Position numbers and translations under genes: made by a program. This document shows, piece by piece, positions 1 to 12,903 of a stretch of DNA of 64,000 nucleotides. Each line of letters starts with the position of its first letter. Position 1 is the first letter of the stretch. Source of the DNA: Lama glama (taxonomy: Eukaryota); contig CM052822.1 in assembly GCA_028534125.1 (NCBI GenBank), positions 78,120,001-78,184,000 of the forward strand. The letters run 5' to 3'. The notes under the pieces are model-generated. The model saw only the letters and a program-made list of their open reading frames with translations, was not told the DNA's origin and did no database searches.

Positions 1-3000
1 TCCCGGGAGGGCAGAGCCAGAGCTAAGCCCTAGGTGACCGGCCCTCACCCAGGCCAGCCCGGCACCTGTCCCCGGGGCGGAGCCTCGGTCCTCAGCCCCG
101 CCTCCCTTTCACTGACTCGTGAAGCGAAGTCAGCAACGCTCGCCCGGACAGTCTCACCACCCCCGCCCGGCTGCTCAGCGATGCTCAGACGGCCTTTACG
201 TCTCCAGGGCGGGACGGCACACTCACGTGCGCACACACGTGCACACCCCCCACGGGGAGAAGCACCTCTGCAGACGGAATCCTAAGGTGGGTCCCAGAGC
301 TTTAACTAGGGACGCGGCGCCCCCCAGCCCCCGACACCCCAACAACAGCTTCGGCTGCAAACCCATGCTCTTCTGGTCGGATGCAGCTGCGTTATTTTAA
401 TAACCCAGGTCCCACAACGTCAGTAAAGTCCCCGAGACGCTCCACCACCAGCAGTGTTTACTGAGCAGCATGGAGTGATCGTTCCCATTCTGCAAATGTT
501 TTCTCAAAATAACAGTTAAAGATACAGACACATTTTAACTAAGAAGTGAAAATGATTTTCAAGTCTCTTCGAAGTCTGGAACCGACTGCAGTCAGAGCAA
601 ACAGAGCGCCCCCCCCAGCCCCACGCCCCGTCCGCGCCCTCCCTGCCGCCCTGCCCGTGCCCCCAAGCCAGGCTCCCCCAGCCGGTCCTGTCCTGGTCTC
701 TGGCCGTCTTCATGTTAGCGACCTCTTGCCTCCCAAGCTCGAAGACAGAAGTCCCTTTCCAGCTCCCTCATGCCCAGCACAGATCCACGGAGGCTTCAGT
801 AGGTGCCAGCTGGCTGGTGGGCATCACTGCCTGCAGCAGCCCCTGGGGGACCGAGGGCCCCGGGCAGCAGCCGAGGTGACGCAGGAGGTGCGGCGGGGGG
901 AGCTGGAGTCAGGTCCTGCTGCCGGAGGCGCAGACGAGGCAGCGCTGTGACATCCTTTGGGAGCCCCGTGGACGGCTCGGAGGGGCCATCATTCTCCATG
1001 GTTGTGAAGTGCAGGAGAGCCCTCGGCCTCACAGACTCTGCGGCTGGCACGCTGCCCGAAGTGGGGCTCAGAGGGCACGTTACTGAGCGCGCTCCGCCTC
1101 CTCCAGGACGCAGCTCACGCCCCCGCTGGGGCGCAGGCCGGCCCCTCATCCAAAGCCTGTCAGTCCTTGCAGACCAGACACACACTCCTCTTCCTCACGT
1201 GCTCTGCTCCTGATAAGTCCCGGGGCAAATCAGGACAGAGTTGTGAAAATGGAAGCGCAGGGAGGAACCACACAGCTCAACAGGCATCTTCTTTCTCCCC
1301 CGACTGTCGCTGACGTGGCTTCTGTAACGACCTTTAACGCTTCAGCTGAAAGCTGGAACTGGAGACGTGGGAGGGGGCGTGTCTGACCCGTAGCCGTGGC
1401 AACACTCCAGCCGACCCAGGAGGTCTCAGTCCCACTGCCAAGCCCCGCTCCCCAAGCCGGGCCACCAGCGATGGGCAAATAACGCAGTAGGCACAACCGG
1501 AAGCTTCCTGGACTCCTGCAGCTGACGACTCCCCGACCTTGACGTTCCAAGGGTTCCCCAAGTCAGACGTCCTGGCTCAACTCGGGCGAAGGAGGTCTGC
1601 GCGGCCCCACCTGTGTGCCCGGGCCGTCCAGGCTGGCACGCAGGCGGCTGGAAGCGGCCACGCCAGGCGGAGACAGATGCCCACCTCCTCAGAGCAGCCT
1701 GGGCCAGACATGGGCTGAGTTCTACCGGAAGCCCTGGTCGCCTTCCTAACCCTCGTCTTGCTCAAGAGATGAGGAGCCCTCACCACCCGTCCTCACTGCC
1801 ACCGTCACTGTGTCCTCATCCACCACCCTCAGCACCCACGGAGCGCCTCCTCTGGGCCGGGTGCCGCCCCGCACGCTGGCAGTCTCGGCTGACGGGTTCA
1901 CGGGGGCTCTAAAGCACCCCCCACCTCCAGCTCTTCCCACACCGATACCTCAGTTCAACGTGTTGACGAGGTTTCACGGAGCATGGGGAGGGCCCCCCTG
2001 GTGCTGCGTGTTTACCCCACAGACCTGGCATTTCAGAAACGCCTCCTCTGGAGGGAGGGCACAGTGGGGACGGTGAGCCTGGTCCCCAGCCCAGGTCTCT
2101 CTCAGCCACAGCCATCGCTCCCGACGCGAAGGGCGATGCGAGGATGGCAGGAGGGTTCGACGGGAGGGCCCTGTGCCGGGCCGGGAGGCGGGCGGAGAGG
2201 GGGTCTGGGCCAGCTGACAGATGGGTTGCTCTGCGGATAAAGCAGGGCTGGAGGGCTTTCAGGGTGGGAAGCGAGGGCTGCACAAAGGCCCAGAGGCAGG
2301 GGCACACAGGGGACCTCCCTGGGCTGAGGAGGAGCCGGCCAGGAGCACAAAAGGGATTCACAGTCCCACTCTGCATCCAGCGCCTATCAGGCCAAAGGGC
2401 AGGGCCGGGGTGGGGGCGGGGCGGTGGCGTCACGGAAGCAGCTGTCCCTCTGGTCTCAGAAATGGCACGTCACGGGGCCCAGTGCCTCCCCGGAGATCTG
2501 CTGGGAACTGCAACCGGCTGCGGGGCACACGGATCTCTGACAACGGGTCTGGTGGCTCTGCCGCTGACGCGCTGGTGGCCGCGGCCAAGTCACTCCTGGT
2601 CTGTCTCTGCTCCACCTCTGCAGCTGAGCAGGGCAGGCTCTGCCCTCTGAGCCTGCGGGAGCTTCTGAAAGCCGCCACCTCCCGCCCAGAGGGAGCGGGG
2701 CGGAGCTCCCACGGGACATGGGCGTCTGCATCGGCCTTCGAGTCAAGCCAGCTAGGGGGTGTCCTGCATCTCAGGCCGGAAGGGCTTTGAGGGCTGGGAG
2801 GAGGTGCCCGGAGAGGATCCGAGAGCAAGTGGATACCTGGGACACTGCTGGCCGGGGGACAAGGGCCATTTGTCACACGCAGGGCCTCAGCTCTGTTTGC
2901 TGCCCTGCTTGGAGTTGATTTGAAACCTGCAGACTCAAGGTGTGCCAAAGAAACCCACCTCTGGACAGGGGCTCCCAGGAGCCGAGGAGCCAGCGCAGAA

Positions 3001-6000
3001 TTAAAACGCCCGTGTCACCGCCATCACTGGGAAACGCGGGGTCCAAGGTCAGAAGAGACACAGTTCCAGAGCGGCTGGGGTTTTTGCCCAGTTTTCCCCC
3101 TCACATTTCAATTTCAAATTTTGGGGCCACTTAACTCAGTATTTTTCTTCTCTTTGAATGTGGCAGAGGATGAGAAAGCCGGGGTGGGGGGAGAAAATCC
3201 TGCAACACGTGATCTAGGCATGACTCCCCTCCAGCGGGTTGTTACGTTTCACACACCAGTCCATGTTTTGGTTCCTCCTGCAGGAGCACCTCGGGCTCCA
3301 GTCACAGGGCGTGTGTTGCGCGTTTATGGGAGAGCTGATGCTGGGAACACTCCCCTCCTGGTTATTCCCTGGCTTCACTGTCTTTACAAAAAAATGCAAA
3401 TGATAAAGTGCTCACCTATAAAGCAAACCCAAAATTTTAAACTTTAATTAGAGGGTTTACACGTAGCTTCACACTGACACTAACACCCTGCGTGCACGAA
3501 CAACCCGGCAGCTACCTGACTTGCAATTAAACGTCACAAAGTCAACCCAAGGGTAAACCTGCCTGCCTGTCCCTCCCTCCCTTCAACACCACGGAGCTGT
3601 GCGGGTTAAAACATCTGGCCTTGCTTGCCAATGTAACCGCCTGGATATTCTCCAAATAACCCTAAACACAGACACACACACACAGAGCCTTCCTTTGACG
3701 CCTGCTTTCTTTTTCACGCTCACAAGTCTGAAGAGCATACTTTTTCACAGCTGTCGCCGCCCGCACCGGAGGGCCTCCGGTGAGTGTCTCGCTCTTGCTG
3801 ACGGAAAAACGACCCCCAGATTCCCAAAGAAGAACACCCCCGTGCAGACTTAAGAACAGCCGGTTCGACGCAGAAGAGAAACGCTGTTCCGTGGTGTCTC
3901 TCACCGTGGCTGTGGCCCTCCTGAAGAACGACGAAGGCCGGCACAGACTGGCCTGGCACAAGTAAGAGGACTCTCCGCCTGGTTCCTGGAATTCCCTCCG
4001 TTTCATCTGTGCATCCAAGACCCTCCCAGACCTGGGCTCAGCTCTTCCCAAACGTCTCTCTCTCCTCAGCGTGAGCTTCAGCTCCAAGAAGACTTCTCCG
4101 TCTGCCACCCAGACTTACGGCGTCATCGGTTCCATCTTCTCCCGGGCACCTGCCTGTGTTTCTCCCCCTCTGAGCCCCCTTCCCCACCTCCTCTGGGAAG
4201 CCCTCCCTGACCTTCCCAGGCTCCCTGTGGGCCACCACAGAGCTGCCTGTCTCAGGCGCGTGCTTAACACCGGTGCGAACCGGCCTGACATTCACGCTCT
4301 GATGAGATGTAAAGTTCTCTTGTCCCCGTTGTTTCAGAAAATGTGACTCTATCATTATGAGAAATAAGCTTTCTAGAAAAAGGATGTTCTGGAAGAGTTC
4401 CCAGTTCAGCCGTGCAGTCTTCCCCAGGCTCTCTGAGGTGTCTGTGCCTCAAGGGTGACCCACGCGCCGACAGGGACGCAGTGTTTGGGAGCCACACACA
4501 GGCCAGGCCCTCAAGCAGAACTCCGCGCCCAGAGCAGCTCCCAGCCAGGGCTGGGAAGACGAGGGGCGGCCACGGGCTGGGAGCCACGGAGAACTCCAAG
4601 CCCAAAGGGGCCTGGGGCCCTGGGGAGGGTGACGCCAGCGCCCAGTGTCCCTGGGCAGGAGGCGGCCGCCGGGCCGACTGCTCTGTGTCGGGGACTCGTG
4701 CTGGGGCCCGTCTTCCTCTGTCACGTCCCTGAATGTGCCTCCTCTGACATTTGGAAACTGCTGTCCCCTGCCGATTCCCCTGGGTTTGACCGGTTTGCCT
4801 TCCTAGCACTCTCTCCCCTCGAAATACGCAGCTCCCATGTGCCTCTGACAGCCTGGGCCACCCCCGAGCGGCTGTTCCTCACTCTGCCACCTTCTGTAAT
4901 CGCCCCTCTTCGATGCCGGGTACGTGTCGGGTTAAGAGCTGGGCTTGGCCATTCTTGACAGGCTAATGCATTTCACTGCAGATAATGCCACTCAGCATGG
5001 AGACGTCCTCCGGTGCCCACCGAGGGCGCGTCAGGGTGGACGACCTCAGGGCCAGCCCGAGCCTCCCGCTGCGGGTGCTGTGCGGGCCCACGGGGTCTGC
5101 TCACAGCCGCCAGACGGAGGCTGTCCCTGGGGGAGGCGGCGTGCAGAGAGCTGGGCTCTGGTCGAAGACGGCCCTGCATGGCCACCCCGCCCTCTCCACA
5201 GAGACACGACCCCCCCCCCCCGCAAGAAGGGTGCCCGGGGCTGTTGCACTCGGTGCGGACCACCGCTGCCACTTCTGCTGGCCCTCCGACAGCCTGCCCT
5301 GGAGAAGTCCTGCTCCCTCTCCCCCCGTGGCTGTTTTGGTCTAAACCCCTGTCTAACCCATCTTTCACACTTCCCTTTACTCTCTCAAGCTTCTCCTCCC
5401 CACACACACCTGATGTCAGGGCGGCTTCGCTTCTCTGAGAAGCAGTCCCATTGCAGCCGGTCCCCAAGCGCACCTGCCCGCGCAGCCGCCACGTCCCTCT
5501 CGTCCCAGGACCGCCCGAGCCCAGCCCTGGTGTGACAGGAGAGACATATGTCCTGGGTGGGGTGGGTGAGGGGACTGGAGGTGGCCCGGGCCCCAGTCTA
5601 CACCCCGGGTCCATCTTCCTCCAGAGGGCAACCGAGGGCTGACTTGGCTGACCTCTGGCCCTGGACGGACGGTGAAGAAGACCCCCTTCCCGGAAGCCAC
5701 AGTGTCGCCGGAACCCTGTCTTCACACCCGCACCTCGCCAGATGCCTTCCTCAGAGTGTCCTCGACTTTACACGACCGTCTGGGTCTCCGGCTGCTTCCT
5801 CCGCAGGCTGGCTGCCCTAAGTTTTGCTTGAGAAAATGTGCCCAGGTCTCTGGATCAGGGCCCAAGGCTGAGAGCACCCCCACAAAGGCAGGCGAGTGAG
5901 AAGCACACACTGGGGGCCCAGAGCCAAGCCGTCCGGATGAGCCCCCACAACAAAGACCGCTGGGAGCCCGTGATCCCCACAAGCAACAGGTCCTCAAACA

Positions 6001-6260
6001 GGATTTCGAACTGAAATGAGCCAACACCCCCACGACCTTCTCTGACCTCCAAGAGCGCCGTGAAGGGCACCCAGCCCTTTCCTGCCTGTGTTGTGGCGAG
6101 GAGGGCAGGGCTGTGAGAGGTGCCAGGCCCAGGCTCTGGCTGGTGCCACCAGGACAGGGGGCTTCGCGGGCTCTTCCATGGGTCCAAATAGCGGGAAAGA
6201 AAGAGTTAACAAGCAAAAAGCACAGCAAGAGGGAAAGAGACTCAGAAGGAAGAATGTTGG

Positions 6261-6445
6261 GGGAGACTAAGGGCCTTGTCCATGGAGCCACTGTCAGCAC
6301 CATATGTAGGGGAGACTAAAGCCTTGTCCACAGAGCCACTGTCAGTGCCAGATGTGAGGGAGACTAAAGCCTTGTCCACGGAGCCACTGTCAGTGCCACA
6401 TGTGAGGGAGACTAAAGGGCCTTGTCCACGAGCCACTGCCAGCCC
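6261..6445. repeat. Minisatellite, ~48-bp unit, ~3.8 copies
   Basis: gggagactaa(a)gccttgtccacggagccactgtcagtgccacatgtga units start at 6261, 6310, 6358 and 6406. Confidence 0.95.
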
Positions 6446-8668
6446 CATGGAGAGCTGAAATCCTCAGAGGACACCGTGGTCCTTGGTGCCGATGCCTGGG
6501 TTTGCAAGGCTGCCTGGGATCTCGGCAGGGGTCCTTGCATGGTCTCTGCAGCCGCTCCCAGCTTTCCTGCCTCCGGTCCCTGCTCCCTAGGCCTGTCCTG
6601 GTGGAGTCTGTCGCCCAGTGGTGAGGACCCCCAGTGCCTGAGTCCATCCTCTTGCCTGGAATGTCTGTCCCCCCATCTACCCACAGGTCCCTCCTTCCCG
6701 GGGCCCCCATGCAGCCTCCATCCACCTGCGGGCTCAGGTCTCCTCCCTGTGACCCTGAACCTATCTGATTTCCGTACCACACTAGCCACCTCTTCACCAT
6801 CGCTGGCTTCTTGTGCTGCTCACTGGGCTTCACGTGGTTTTATGGCAAACGCCTTGGCTACTTGAAATTATCAAGAGCAGAGACGTGGTGTCAGTCTTTC
6901 CTGAGTCTCCTGCAGCGCCTGTCACCACGAGGAGGGTGGGGGGGGAGGGGCCGCCAGAGCTTGAGACCAGAGAAGGTCCTGTCCCGTCTGCTGAGGGTCC
7001 CCAGCCAGCGGGCCCACTCTCTGGGCGTCTGGGGCTGAAATGCCCAGTTCAGCTCTGCCCCCTCCCCCGCAGGCCGGGGACAAGTCACACCTTCTCCTAT
7101 GCCCTTTCTCCACGTGTATAAGGCGGCCCTGACTGCTGGGAGTGGCCACATGGCGTGGCCAGGCAAGGCTTTCAAAGCCCCTTTGTGGGCATCATTCACA
7201 GGAGCTGGTGGCTGAGGATGAGGGCACCAGGGCGGGGGGCTCAGAGAGCCTTCCTGGGTGCAGGGCGCCATCAGACGCGCCCCTCTGGCTTTGGCAGGAT
7301 GGAAGTGCTCTCTGACTCAGACAGTGAGCCGGGCAAGCAGACTAGAACATGCCCCGGACGGAAGCAGAGTAAATGGGGCACCTGCCCTGCCCACCTCCCA
7401 CACCGCCCTCACCTGGCAGCCGAGTGAGCACACGGAGCTCCCGCTCAGGGACATGTGCTCCCTTTGGTCATTCTAGGACAGGACGAGAGAACCCAGGAGA
7501 AGCCCCCGGCACAGACACAGAAGAGGGAAGACGCTTCCCAGCTTCCTGGCCTTCCTTGAGAAACAGGTCTCCACGTGAAACCCAGACGCACGGCCACGCC
7601 ACGAAAACGCAAACAGATCAGCGCAAGTAACTCAGCATCCGGAGGAAGCCACGGACTCCAGGCCCCGGGCTTCTCAGCATTAGACGTTCCAATCTTTTAT
7701 TTTCCAAATATCTCATTGAGTGGCCTGTTATTTTTAATTAAGTCTGAGCTAATTATCTCTGTCTGATCGGGGGAGTGCCTGGCTATATTAGGGTGGCAAC
7801 ATGTTTCCTTTGTATGCTTAGCCATTTCCCTGGCAATCGTTCCAGACTTCAGCCTCCCCTGGAAGATCTATTTCCAAATCTCAGGAGCTATTTTTGAGGA
7901 AACACGTTGCACAGGAACCAGAGAAGGAGAGAGTCGTTGCTGCTTTTGGAAACTGCGTGCTGGAAAATTTAAGATTTAGGAGGAAAACATGCTACAAATT
8001 CATGTTCTCCAGAAACATGCCCGGACCCAGAGTGGAAAGATCTCTGGAAGGTTCAGCCGAGCTTGTCAGCTCTGATACTGATCACCTGACACCAAACGCA
8101 GATGCGAAAAGCAGGCCCGGACACCCCCAGGGCTGACGGGTCCCTTCGCTCTCCTCACTGAAAAGGTGAGCAAGTTTTCCTTGGTTCTCGCAAGGCTGCC
8201 TCTAGGAGCACCCCCCGGATAGCAACGTGGCACTGACTGTGTGTAGGGGAGCCCAGGCCTGTTCTGGGGTCACAGAGCACAGGAAGGCCACCTGGCTGCT
8301 ACCTGACCAGACGGAACACGCACACCTGCAAAAGCAGCCGGAACCTGGAGAGTTTCCGGGGAAGTCCACCTGCAGACACTGGTGCTGTCAGCTCCTCCCG
8401 CAAAGGCAGAATGTGCACAACTCTAACCCAGCTCTCCAGCTTGACGTGGTGGCAGCACACGGAGACGGTGCTGGGTAGTATTTTAGGGCAGCGTTTCATT
8501 TTTGAAGCAGGATAGATTCTGCTTACCGGAAACTCACCAAAAAAAAAAAAAATTCTTCTGACTCGAAAATTTAAACATAAAGCAAAGCAAAGGCCCTGTA
8601 AGACACACAGCCAACCAAGACAGGAAGGGCCGGCGTGGGAACCTGCGGTGGGATCAACGAAGCCGCAA

Positions 8669-8678
8669 GTGACGTCAC
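8669..8678. promoter_or_regulatory. Perfect palindromic CRE (GTGACGTCAC)
   Basis: TGACGTCA at 8670-8677 within an extended palindrome. Function untested. Confidence 0.4.
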
Positions 8679-9850
8679 AGGTTTTCGCCCGAATCGGGAA
8701 ACGTTTCTGCGACCAGCGATACACCAAGCAGAGAAGAGTCAATGCAGCCAGGAGAAGGCCCCCTAATTCAAAAGCCAGGAGCAAAGCCAGCCTGGGGCAC
8801 GTCCCCGTGGCCAGCCCAGCCCCCCTGGCTCGCAGGTGAGCGGTCAGGCGCTGGAGCATCGGAGCAGCAGCTTCCAGCAACGGCAGGGGCGCTGGGTGGC
8901 TGTTTACAGGTCCTGCGCCCACCGCCGCCCCTCCTCCAGGTCTGGTTCCAGAGCCTCCAAAAACAAGGGAGCCTGCTGGGTATTGTGGGATAAACTATCA
9001 AAAGAGGCCCTGCTGAAAATTCCGAAGCAGCCTCTGCCCGGCGCGGGAAGGGAGAGGGGCCGGCAGGATGCGCAAGTTGCTGCTCTGAGATGATCAAAGC
9101 TTCAGAGACACACATGCAACATTCAAAGAGACTCGGAGAGGAAAAGGCGGGGAACGTCTTCTAACCATCTAACGACTTGTTTCTGCAGTTTTGCCCAATC
9201 ACCGTCCGCAGAAGTGGGACACCTCCCGGCAAACGTGCACAGCGCGCTGCTCACCCAGCACCACAGCCCGGTGCGCACGCGCCACCTCCGTGCGCGCTTA
9301 CGAGCGCAGGTAACACGGATGCGGCGTGACACGCCAACTCGGGGGAGAAAGCCCAAAAGCAAAGAACCTAGCTTTTTCAATAATGAAGTACAGGTTTAAT
9401 CCAAACATATTATGTTTATCTGCTTAGGAGGAAAAAATAACATTCACTAAAGCAATGGGGGAAAGTTTGGTGGCGGTATTCCATTGAAACATGAGCTTTA
9501 AAAGTGGGTTTCAGTTCTTCAGAAAGTTAACACACCTGACCCTGGCACGTGTGAGCAAGCTGAACGTCCACGGGTAACCTGGCGAGACTGGCGGCTCCTT
9601 AAGTGCTTAAGTGCAAGCGTCTACCCAGGGAGCTCTGATTTCCCAGTAGGCAAAGCAAACAAAACCCACACACTCACACGTGTAAACCAAGAAAACTTTG
9701 AAATGCTAGCTCTGTCTCTGAAGTAGTTCTATTTTCAGGGAGAAACGGAAAAAGGTGTAAACATGTTTGCATGAGAAGCTAATACTGCAAACTGCTCACT
9801 GTGTTGAAACAACTTAAGGAAAGCCCACGATTACTCAGGAGGGTTCCGTG

Positions 9851-9960
9851 GGCCCGCGGCCCCTCACCCCACATCACTGACCATGCACGGCCGGGGGCCC
9901 GCGGCCCCTCACCCCACACCACTGACCATGCACGGCCGGGGGCCCGCGACCCCCACACCC
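9851..9960. repeat. Tandem repeat, 45-bp unit, ~2.3 copies
   Basis: ggcccgcggcccctcaccccacaYcactgaccatgcacggccggg units start at 9851, 9896 and 9941. Confidence 0.9.
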
Positions 9961-12903
9961 CACACCGCCGACCACGCACACACCGGGGGCCTGCACACAC
10001 GGCCGGCGACTTCAGGGCGCGGATATTAGCAGGCGCACATCTAAGGGCTAAGTCGGCCCATGCTTTATGAAGGGTCAACCAGAGGAGGCCTTCCCGCTAG
10101 AAGAGTCCTGCAACGACACCACTGCTGTGCCACGTAACCGGGACACGTGGGTCCTCTGCTCACTCTCTGGGAAGAAGGCGCCGGTCCCTTCTCCAGAACA
10201 CCAGCCCCGAGCCTCCCTCTCCACCGACTCTCCCCGTGTAAGAACGTTAGTTCTGTCTTTAAAGGGTGACCTCGGACTCTGATGTCATTGAAACTATGAC
10301 TCTGCACCCACCGTTCTGTCATCTCTAGGTCACTTAACTTCTACCCCAACTTACACAGAAACCTTTATAGAATGAATGGAATATTTCCATCACATCTCCA
10401 TAAAAGGAAGAAAGCATTGTATCAAGTTGCTCGGTCTTCCTCGTGGCCAGTGCTGAGAAGGGTGACGAGGTCTGTCTGCAGACTCCCTGCGTCACAGAGT
10501 TAGCGAAGTGCGGAAGTTCGATGTCTTGAAGTGAAGCATTGAAGCAACAAGATACTATTCCCCAAATTGTTATTTTACATTTGAAACACTCAAAAAAACT
10601 TTTCAGACAGACTTTTAAACTTGGGTCTGTGGCAGCTCTAGAAAGGTCCCGACACGTCAATGAACTGATACCTGCTCCATCCGCGCACGTGAACCCCTGT
10701 ACGTGGAACTATCCTTTCACCCTCCTTAACCCATGACTCAGCTAAATTTAGAGCTAAAACTCGTGAAACCCCCATCTCCACTAGCTGAGTGTGCCCCGCT
10801 CAGCCAAGCCAAAATAACACAGCAGTCCGGAGCCACCATGCTCTCACCAGGGGACGGTCCTCTCTGACGCTGCAAACCTCCACATCTAGTTAAGCAGCAC
10901 CCCCAAAGGTCTTCTGCGCTGATTTCAAAATGCAGCTCACCAGAAAATCTTTACAACAGTCTCATTTCCAAATTTCCCTGCATATTTTTTAAGGAAAAGT
11001 TTTTTTCCCCTGTACTTTCTCCCTTTTTTATTAGTCTGGATTGAAGAAAAGCACACATTTCATTTATTGTCTAGATTACAGATTCTTATTAAACAAACCA
11101 GAGCTCATTATAAAATCAATACCAACTTAGCCACCGTGCCCCCAGGAGGGACAGCGTAAAGGTCACTCCAAGAAATTCAAACAGTTTTCCTGCTGGAAGG
11201 GCATGATTTTAATTACAGATACTATTAATTAGAGCTGTCACGGGGAAGCTTTTTTTTCCTGTTAATTATCACAAACTCAGTTCTAAGTATGCATTTGCAA
11301 CATGCACTTTTGTCAGAATGAGCCGTTTCTGCATTCAAGTCCAACCTTCCCTTTCTATCAATATTTTATATTCGAATTTCAAAGTGTATCAAAGGATGCT
11401 ATGCTTTCTAAAAACCTACCCCCGTATGATCTCCCGTCTCTTGCACACGGAACAGAACTGGTGTGATAATTTATTTATGTCCTGGCACAGACGTGGCCCC
11501 GAAGACCCGGCATCCTGCACTGATGGTCCCTGCTCAATAGGATTTCTGGTTACTTTCTTACTAGTTTATGTGACATTTTTCCCAGGCTTCTTCTTCAAAC
11601 GTGATTTTTCTTTTGCTTTGAAGCTAAGCTCACTCTGCGACTGAAATGCCATCTCCCACACATTTGAAGCTGCCGTTTCTTTATAAGAAAAGATCATACT
11701 GGCCAGGCTTGTGACCTCCTCCAGAAAACTAGAGTTTTCTTCATTCAACACCATCACCAAGAATTTTGAAACAGGAAAAAAAATGCTCTCTCCTGGTCTC
11801 TTTTAAGCAGAGCAATTTTATAAATATAGCCCAACTCCTTATGTGAGACACGGTCAGGGTGGCTCTCAGACAACTCCTGGAGGGCACCTCTCACCACACC
11901 TCGGGGGCAGGTTCTAGAAAGAGCTTGAGCCCCCCTCCCCCAGCGGTGTACTAGGATGACAGAATGATAATATTTAACTTAGATGTGACTGTCAGACATG
12001 ATGCATTATTTACATAACATATTCCACATCATAATCATGTGACTTGCGAAAACAAAGAATCTACTCCAATGGGAGAAAATCTTCTACAAAATATACTGAC
12101 TGAACTTTAAAAATGGTGATTAATGTTCTTGGAGTTAAATTATATTTTAAGTTAAATCAGATGCCCTAACTTGGATATTTTCTAGGCTTGCACTGCTGTT
12201 ACAACCAAAGGTATGTTTTCATTACAGAATGTTATTAACACTGAAGTGTTTGCTGCAGAACTTCCACACATTCTGCAATTTTTTTTAATGTCCAGTTTGG
12301 TCTGAACCTGCCTTCCTCCCACTCTCATTGGTGTCCAGCGTGTTTCCAGGTGCGTCTGGTCTCTCGAATCCCCAGGACACAGCTGCCCCCACTGCTCTCC
12401 TGAAGTCACCATTGGTTTACTTTTCATTTATCAGCGTTCTACTTCACTTATCCAAATACTAGTGAGGGCGGCAACAGAGCAGGTCGGAGGGTCTTTGCAC
12501 AGAAGACCCGTGGAAGTCAGTGATTTCAGAGACATCTTCAAACATCTACACAGCCAATTTATCTTGCAACTCTGACTTTTTTAAAATTAATACTGGCCAA
12601 ACTAAGGAAGACACAAGTAATACATAATTCATGTAGCGTACACTTCCCCCCACATTTCTAATTAGCAACTCGCTTTCACAGCTAACACGAGACTATCCAA
12701 GAACAGCATAAGATTAATATAAAGCAGGAAAACTGGCTGCCAGGTATTTACATGAATGCTAATGAGAAGTTTCATATCGTCATCACAGAACCCAAACTAG
12801 GAATAAATGAACTGCTGGGGCCGGGGGAGGGGCCGGAGGGGAGTCCAACGTCTGCTCCAGGACAAGTGCACCTGAGGCAGCGCTGAGGAAAGGCACCTCT
12901 TAC

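Larger units (their letters stand above)
1..12903 (-). other. PTPRN2: PTPRN2 intron downstream of the TM exon (intron 13 equivalent; partial)
   Basis: Begins with GT at 12903-12902 on the minus strand. The next exon (ELCRQRMA...) was not found in the window. Confidence 0.8.

Noticed and set aside
1828-1849. RE1 site ctcagcacccacggagcgcc
   Set aside because: Good left half, but wrong spacing and a broken right half (no GGACAG).
6261-6445. CRISPR-like appearance of the repeats (also 32897-33050)
   Set aside because: Head-to-tail repeats with no unique spacers, no cas genes, and a eukaryotic context.
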